From assembly GCA_044892525.1 (NCBI GenBank), contig CM097885.1, positions 24,430,001 through 24,494,000 on the forward strand: a DNA stretch of 64,000 nucleotides, written 5' to 3'. The DNA is from Schmidtea polychroa. Lineage: Eukaryota. The translations under genes were made by a program, and so were the position numbers. Below are positions 57,697 through 64,000 of this stretch, one piece after another. The notes under the pieces were generated by a model. The model saw only the letters and a list, made by a program, of their open reading frames with translations, made no database searches and was not told the DNA's origin. Numbering within the stretch: position 1 is the stretch's first letter; every line of letters starts with the position of its first letter.

Positions 57697-60600
57697 TTGA
57701 TATATATTTATAATTCATCAGGTAAATTATACCCACGCTACTGCATGTCATCAAATGATCATACAAATATATGCCATAAAAAAATGAAAAAATACTACGG
57801 TCATAGATTCTATGGCATCAACTACTTTATATGTCCAATATGCGAGACTTCCCAAAGCATTAAATATATAGAGTTTTATAATATTCACAAATCGCATTTA
57901 AATCGGTTCTCTTTAAATAATAAGAAATTGTTTATTAAAATACAACAATCAACACATAATACTACAAAACATCTAAATACAAAACCTATAAATTATAATT
58001 ATAATACAAAACATGTAAATAATAATGTAAATAATACTAATTTAAATACGAATCTAAATACTAAAATAAATAATATTCTAAATAATAATAAACAGCCTGC
58101 TGTTAGTTTTGGGTCTGGTGTTCCCTCTAAAATTGTTAAAATTAATACAACTGGTGATTCAATATATAATCAAATAGGTGGTTCGATCGATATTGACGAT
58201 GCACCTGAAATTGAGATAGATTTTAAGGGGGCTAGAAAGAATCTATGATTTAATATGGAAAAAGATAACTTGGTACAAGTTTTCATTACAAATAAGATGA
58301 CAAATAAATTAATTACCGAAATAAACGGTATGGGCACAGTTAAAATACAATTCACCGTTTTAATCCAATTCGAAAAAGATGGGAAATTAGAGATAATTTT
58401 TTCTCTAATAGCGCCGAGGTTTTTACAGAAAATTTTTGGATGAATGGAATCACCAGATTAAATAATAAAATTGAAAAGTTCACATATTTGGGAAGCGGAT
58501 GGCGGGTGGTTAAAATCAAAGAGATAGATTTTATATTAACAAAATTTACCCATATGAATAGGCTAGCTGGACATAGTTATATCCCCACCCCATCAGCTTT
58601 AAATTCTAAAAAGCAATAGTAAACGTCAAAAACACCGACGATATGTGCTTTATATATAGTATTTTAGCACTTTTAAAACGTAATGTTGTACATATAAATA
58701 GAAATAGAGTTAGTTCCTATGAAAATTATCTTGACGAGTTAAATTTTGACCCCATTTTCGATTGTCCAATGAAATTGTGCGACATCCCTAAATTTGAAAG
58801 AAAAAACAAGGATTTAAATTTATCAATAAATGTTTTAATTTATAAAAAGACCCCAGTTAAGTCTTATGAAAATGTAATTGACAATAATTATATTCCACAT
58901 CATCCTTAATTAGATATTATTCACCGATCTAAGGTTATAGGTGGCGAACCCATATACTTACTTTTATTGGAAGACGGTGATAATTTCCATTATACCTCAG
59001 TTTTTAACTTACAAAAATTAATGAACTCACATCCCAGTAGCTCCTGCAACCTTTGGATTAGAGTGAACTGGTGTCCCCATTGTCTCAATGGTTTTCGATA
59101 TGAAAAAGCATTTAACGTACATGTTGCACTATGCAGTAAAAACCAGATAGGTACTACTCTATACACCCTACCTAAAGAGAAAAATTTATTATTTAAAGAT
59201 TACTCCAAAACAGTCACCCTGCCATTCGTGATATATGCCGATTTTGAGGCAATTTTACCCGAGGATATAATACACCATCAAAAGCACTTGCCAATAACAG
59301 CAGGCATGTTATTAATTAATAATTATAATAACACTAGATTTTATTATGAGTTTGCTGGTGATGATTGTGTGTTGTCTTTCTTGCGTAAGGTGGAGGAAAT
59401 TGCTGTCACAATTGTCCTGCCATATTACGAAATTAATGGGAAAAAGCCCATGCAAACTTTGTCTTTCGTTCAACAGTGGGCATATAAAGATTCCAGAACC
59501 TGTTATCTGTGTAAAAAATTCATTAGAGATAGACTTAGAGACCATTGCCACTTCTCAGGTAAGTATCTTGGTGCTGCTTGTAGGAAATGTAATGTTTCTC
59601 GGCGAATTCAGAGACAGTTACCGGTTGTGTTTCATAATTTGAGGGGGTATGATCTCCATCATATTTTGAAGTATGGCTTGAATAATTTTCCTTCTTGGGA
59701 ATTAAATATTATTCCGACTACTACTGAAAAATTCATTTCCCTCATTGCGTATATTAACAAATTGCCTGTTCGTTTTATTGCATGTTAGATTACATGTTAA
59801 CTTACCTTAAATTAGACGTGTTTCTCCTCGCAGACTATTTTCAACAATTCCGTGAAAAGGCCATTGCATATAATGGTCTTGAGCCTCTTAATTTCTATGG
59901 CATTCCCGGTATGTCATGAGCCTCTGCGCTTATGACATTAACGGAACCTATAGAACTTTTGCAGGACATGGAAATGTTTAATTTCTATGAGGGAGGGATA
60001 CGGGGTGGGTTAACATTTGTTAAAAAACATTATGTTGTAAGTTCTGAAGACACAGAACTCTTGTATATTGATATTAATAACTTGTATGGTTGGGCCTTAA
60101 GCCAAAATCTGCCTTATGCTGACTTTGAATGGGTGTATGATGATCTTGATTCTGTCTTGAATGAATGTATGAATGAAAATATTGAAATCCTTCCATATGG
60201 CTATACTATGGAGGTTGATATTGATATACCTGATTGTTTGCATGAGTTTCTGAATGATTTTCCGATTGCTCCGGAAAAGATGTGCCCACCAAATTCTAAA
60301 GTTGAGAAGCTGATGCTCACGCATTGGCCGAAGAAGAACCATGTTCTTCATTGGCGACTTCTCAAGTTGTATTTAGAATTGGGGGCTATTATTAAAAATG
60401 TACATAGAGCAATTAAATTTAAGCATGCACCCATTTTTAAATCGTACATAGACAAAAACACTAATTTGAGAGCCAATTCTGCATGTGAATTATATAGGGA
60501 TCTATACAAATTATTTAATAATAGTTTGTATGGTAAATCGATGGAGAATCTAAAAAAGCGGATGAATTTGAGGCTATGCAATTCAGCTGAAAAGATGATT

Positions 60601-61406
60601 GTATATGCATCAAAACCTACTTTCAGAAAATCTATCAAATTATTGATGATGATTTGATAGCCGCCCATCTGGATAAAGATTCAATATGTTTAGACAGGCC
60701 TAGCTATATTGGTCAAACAGTGTTAGATTTGTCTAAACTGAGGATGTATCAACTACAATATGTGGAATTGGCCAAATACAGGTCTGAATTTAATTGTGAT
60801 ATAAATATCGTTGCCGGTGACACTGACTCCTTTTTCTTAGAGATAAAGCATTGTAAGCTTGACACTCTTTTGCCGGCAATGATTCGTGACAATCTTTTAG
60901 ATACTAGCAACTATGACCCAGCACATCCCTTATACTCGAGAAACCTTGATTCTGTAATAGGGAAGTTTAAAGATGAAAGTAAAGGTCTTGGGTATAAGGA
61001 GTGTGTTTTCTTAAGACCCAAGTGCTATAGTTTGTTAGGGGTTAAAGATCATTTAAAAGCAAAGGGAGTCAAATTGATAAGGACTCAAATTGGGCACCAG
61101 TCTTATTTAGACTGCTACAACAACAGCGTAGTATATACGGTGCCACAAACTAGAATAGGGACGCGCAACCACCAGCTTCTTACGTTTAAAAATACCAAGA
61201 TTGCATTGTCAAACAACGATGACAAACGATTATGGGTGGGGAAAAATAATAGTCTCGCATTTGGACATTATTTAGGAATAGATGCCTTAGATGTTGATCA
61301 AGTAATTTCAGAAATTCGTCCATTATTCGGAGGTCGAAGTCCAAATTTCAATGAGGCCAATGATGACAATGATATTGATATATATGGTGTATTATTATCG
61401 AATTGA
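57697..61406 (+). pseudogene. polB: Protein-primed family-B DNA polymerase (Polinton/Maverick type), disrupted
   Basis: Motifs: WCPHC, Exo I YADFEA, endonuclease-VII-like CYLC..RDHCHFSGKYLGAACRKCN, Exo II FHNLRGYD, Exo III YLKLDV (~59804), motif A YIDINNLYG, motif B KLFNNSLYGK, motif C GDTDS, GKFKDE, LRPKCY and KAKGV. Split over six ORFs by stops and frameshifts. Confidence 0.95.
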
Positions 61407-61525
61407 TCTGTGATTTAATATATCTTTTAATGTCTTAATTTATTGTCATTTTTATGAAAACTAATAATAATTTTGTAAATCTTAATAATAGATAAATAAT
61501 AGATAAATAAATATATAATAAATTA

Positions 61526-61938
<413 letters not shown>

Positions 61939-62129
61939 ACCCTTGCGAGTTGTTGAGTGTGACCAGTACCTTTGTGAGCAATACCCATAGGGGACAGAAT
62001 ATCTTGTCGGATAAACACAGAGTATATATAATAATAATCCCTGTGTTTCAAAGACCTTTATTTTCAAATAATAATATCTCTTGTCGGGAACTCTCAAATT
62101 TCATATTAAAAAAAAATGAACTTTACATT

Positions 62130-62236
62130 AAAAAATTTGACCTTGAAAAGAATTTTAAAAATTTCCCCTAGGAGGGGTGGGTGGAGGGTATGTGATCCAG
62201 CGGAGTCCTGATCTAGCGGTGCCCTATCTATCTACT
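62130..62236. mobile_element. Right terminus of the pPolB-bearing element D (reads AGTAGATAGATAGGG inward)
   Basis: GGGTATGTGATCCAGCGGAGTCCTGATCTAGCGGTGCCCTATCTATCTACT is homologous to the E and A ends. hAT-like sequence begins at 62237. Predicted TSD is CTAAAT. Confidence 0.72.
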
Positions 62237-62623
62237 CTAAATAGATATTTCGCAAATATTTGGAGTATATTTAGAAAATTGAACATATTCTACTTCATAA
62301 TGAAAGACGAGCGACGATTAAACTTCATTGAACAAAATACAAAAATAGACTCGGATCCACGACATATATGAGAATACAACTGACCAATATTGTGCCTGAT
62401 ATAAAAAAAATTTTTAATTTAAGAACCCAAAATCATCAAAGTCGTTAGGAGTTTTATTTATTTGTATTTTTATGTTTATTAAATAATTAATATTTCTTTA
62501 ATAACATTTTTTATTTTTATTTATACTATTATGAATTACCCAACCTAAAAAATAAGCTAAGTGTTCTGCCAAAATTTTCGGATTTGCCAAGTGTTCCGTC
62601 ACTGAAAAATTTGGTAAACCCTG
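62237..62623 (+). mobile_element. Charlie/Buster-type hAT remnant: internally deleted transposase C-terminus and 3' end
   Basis: 62332-62448 encodes TKYKNRLGSTTYMRIQLTNIVPDIKKIFNLRTQNHQSR*, resembling the Buster C-terminal KTKYRNRL..MR.QLS.I.PD..K....Q.H.SH. The end ...AAATTTGGTAAACCCTG is followed by GTCTAGTG, an nnnTAnnn-type 8-bp target. Confidence 0.75.
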
Positions 62624-62631
62624 GTCTAGTG

Positions 62632-63562
62632 AAATCTAAATCTGTAAGCCTTGGTCGATATGGTGCTGAAATGATTGCTGCGTTGTGGAATCCAAAGGGA
62701 ATTTTACGTACTCAAAATGTCCGATGGATGTAATTAGTGACCTTTTTGGATTATTTTCAGTAAACGCAAGTATTTGGTTGTAAGGCTTTACGTAAATCAA
62801 TTTTGGAGGATATGGTGTTACCGTGTAGATTATTTATATATCGGTAATAAAAAGCATAGGGTATGCGTCGTGCATAACTGATTGTTGAAATGTTGTTGAA
62901 ATGTGATAAAAAACGTTGTTTTGTAAAATTTTATTTTTGTTTAAATTTAAACTATTAAAGCATTTCGAAGTGATAAGTTTGGTAATTTTCCCTTTCCTGG
63001 AACGTAATTTGTTTTATCTGTGATACTGTAATACAAAGATGATCAGTAAGATCCTTCTATAACACATTGACAGATTTAACAGAGAGTGGTATATTTCTGG
63101 CGATTATAGTTCTATCTCTACAATCTACTAAGTATCCGAAGAACGCAAAAACATTTGCTCCGAGGATAGGTTGTAAAGTGTTACCTATTGTGAAATTTGA
63201 TTTGATTTGAGTGTTAATGGTTTCTAATTGAAATGTAAGGTTGAATTTAGAAATGTCAATACTATTAGCTGCTTTTGATTTACCTATGGGAATAGAGGAT
63301 GATGCAAAAGAAAGTAGTATTATTGAAAATGGCAACAGCATAAGCTTAACGGCATTTGTATGAGATCTTGTTAGGTTTTTTCGTAGTTGCAACAGTCGAG
63401 ACATTTGCGGACTTTACTGCCGAAGATAAAATGAAAAACACTGAGAAACATGATCTTTACATCGTCATTTTTGGCCAATCGCAGCCTATGCAACCTTTTG
63501 TTGCTGAATCTTTTTGTTTAAAATGGAAAATCAATAAAAACCTATGGTTTGATTTATTTATC

Positions 63563-63659
<97 letters not shown>

Positions 63660-64000
63660 CGTTATATTTGTGAGAGCCTCTTGGGCTATAATATGAAGAC
63701 ACTTCTAGTTGAAAAGATGTAATTTGATCTATTATGAGTAAATCTGCATTGTTAATTGATGTGTTTGACGGTTCCGGAATATTTGGTGTGATTTTATCGG
63801 ATACCACAGCCAGGTCCACTATGGAAGTTTTATCGGACCCCGGCAGAATAGGACGGACTGCAGGGAATAGCAATGATTTTATTACATAATGCTTGTAAAA
63901 CTTCTGTTGGTAGCAATGACATAACAAATTATGCTTTTGTACTCTGTGTGATGCGTTTTTTAGAAAATAAAATTTCGCTTAGTAATAACCATGTTAAGTT
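62632..64000 (-). mobile_element. Decayed Ty3/Gypsy gag-protease-RT remnant
   Basis: Protease-like QPILGANVFAFFGYLVDCRDR (~63100-63200). RT-like DAYPM..LHGNTISSKIDLRKA and GHFEYV..PFGFHNAA (~62670-62870, frameshifted). A degenerate gag zinc-knuckle-like stretch lies at ~63470-63535. Confidence 0.75.
63563..63659 (+). repeat. (ATT)n microsatellite inside the Gypsy remnant
   Basis: Pure ATT run. Confidence 0.97.

Noticed and set aside
58246..59920. Alternative genetic code (TGA=Trp at PGMS*ASAL; TAA read-through in the integrase)
   Set aside because: TGG is used for Trp elsewhere in the gene, and frameshifts and a deletion co-occur, so ordinary decay is simpler.
59312..60668. Antisense or alternative-frame ORFs over pPolB
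   Set aside because: Shadow ORFs of a coding region with no recognisable motifs.

Overview
A very AT-rich eukaryotic window with short GT-AG introns and (AAT)n microsatellites. I found no intact host gene. It is a nest of mobile elements: a decayed Ty3/Gypsy remnant (62632-64000) is interrupted by a Charlie/Buster hAT remnant (right end 62623), which is interrupted by a decayed Polinton/Maverick-like element D (pPolB pseudogene 57697-61406, integrase N-terminus 51682-51995, right terminus 62236). D's integrase is cut by a non-coding element C (<1-51681, built from 6145-bp tandem units). C contains element A (13657-46091, TSD CTGATA), and A's left arm contains element B (13952-31579, TSD CTTTCG). 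A (14.8 kb net) and B (17.6 kb) are giant palindromes without long ORFs: 7-8.8 kb arms, spacers under 1 kb, and 5'-AGTAG termini. Empty target sites for both are visible in the window. My main hypothesis is a system of giant fold-back, non-autonomous Polinton satellites that expand a ~7.5 kb monomer to helper-genome size, share a ~90-bp cis-motif with the helper, and insert into each other and into the helper. All alignments and family calls were made by eye. The host species, and whether these families are already described, cannot be determined here.
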